From Squalus acanthias (Eukaryota): DNA of 64,000 nt. The translations under genes were made by a program, and so were the position numbers. Positions 63,057 through 64,000 of the stretch are shown here, piece by piece. Location: the NCBI GenBank assembly GCA_030390025.1, contig CM059431.1, positions 111,974,001 to 112,038,000 on the forward strand. Direction: 5' to 3'. The notes under the pieces were generated by a model. That model made no database searches. It worked only from the letters and a program-made list of their open reading frames with translations, and was not told where the DNA came from. Each line of letters opens with the position of its first letter. Within the stretch, counting starts at the first letter, position 1.

Positions 63057-63966
63057 GGGGGAGAAATTCGGTATCGCCCCGTTTGGGGCGCAGTTATCGG
63101 CCGGGTGCAAAGTTTAGCGCCTGGCGCTAATTATTCGCCACCGACTGCAAACTTGGCTTCTATTGCCCCTGGAGGTGATTGGAGCGCTAAATCAGGCGCT
63201 TCACATCTGTCTTAAGGCGCAAAGGCCGAGGAGAGAGGCGCTACCTCAGAGCGCTGGCGAAGCTCATGTGATGTCAGTCAGCAATGGAACACAGACACAA
63301 TGGCCCCGGCCAGTTCTTAAAGGGGAAAGTCGATCTTGCTCTCCATCCACACCCTGCTCATTGCAGCCTTGAATTTCGGCCTGGAGAGACCTGTACATCA
63401 ATTCTGCTGGAAAGAACAATGGAGAGGCCTAGGGAAAGAGCTCAGAGTGCAGCCCCCATAGTCTCTTCTAAATCGATGCAAGGAAGGTCAAATCAAAATG
63501 AACCTACAAAGTGCTGCTCAGTACCCAATACTCCTCAACACAGCGTTGACTCTCTCCCAGAAGTCAGTCAGTCAGTCAGTCAGTCAGTCTCTCTCTCTCT
63601 CTCTCTCTCTCAGAATGCGTGGTGCAAAAATGTCGCTGACAAAAATAGTCAGGAAGCTTCGCCTTTAAATAGCGCTCCCCCTGTCCCTTCCCGACTGCAA
63701 AACGTTCCCCTCAACCTGTCGTTGCTAGCAGCAGGCGGTAAGGCAGGGGGCGCCACTCAATATCCAGTCCAGGGGCGTTGCACGCTCGAGTGACGTCACG
63801 ATCTACGGGCGCAGGAGATCGTAGCGGTAGTGTTCAGCGCCGCTGCAAAATGTCTGGTCAATTTTGCGAGCGGCGCAAACATCGCTGTGCCCTAGTTGCT
63901 TTGCATCCCATTAGTGCCCTCTTAGGGCGCTAATGGGAGGCGCAAAGCAACCAAATTTTTCCCCCC
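63057..63966. mobile_element. GC/CpG-rich TIR element (internally deleted Harbinger-like)
   Basis: GGGGGAGAAATTCGGT versus the reverse complement of the right end GGGGGAAAAATTTGGT (14/16). Confidence 0.6.
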
Positions 63967-64000
63967 TTGCATTTTTCTGCAATTTGCCTACAAATTTGCT

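Noticed and set aside
466..63793. The many short ORFs of about 60-170 aa in the track
   Set aside because: They are either fragments of the listed repeats, antisense shadows of them, or have no recognisable motif or splice context.

Overview
This is repeat-dense eukaryotic intronic DNA. The repeat inventory (Deu-domain tRNA SINEs, L2 and CR1 LINEs, Neptune-type Penelope elements) points to a cartilaginous fish, which is an inference. The only host coding sequence I can support is two small + strand exons missed by the ORF track, 26367-26437 and 35885-35954. They splice in frame to [47 protein letters not shown], the N-terminal calponin-homology domain of LMO7 (LIMCH1 is less likely). The rest appears to be intron, filled with SINEs, LINE fragments, hAT/Tigger/Harbinger-like MITEs, a tRNA-Ser pseudogene and a GC-rich minisatellite. 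The most striking structure is a cluster of three fold-back Penelope-like insertions within about 7 kb around the second exon (32892-33195, 34184-34410, 37781-39913). Each has inverted arms, a one-sided tail of roughly 27-36 nt, a target-site duplication (TSD), and a minimal hammerhead-ribozyme motif in each arm. The largest has apparently perfect 751-bp arms and an intact GIY-YIG endonuclease frame, and it landed at the loop of a pre-existing DNA hairpin inside a MITE. All alignments were done by eye. Coordinates of decayed repeats are approximate.
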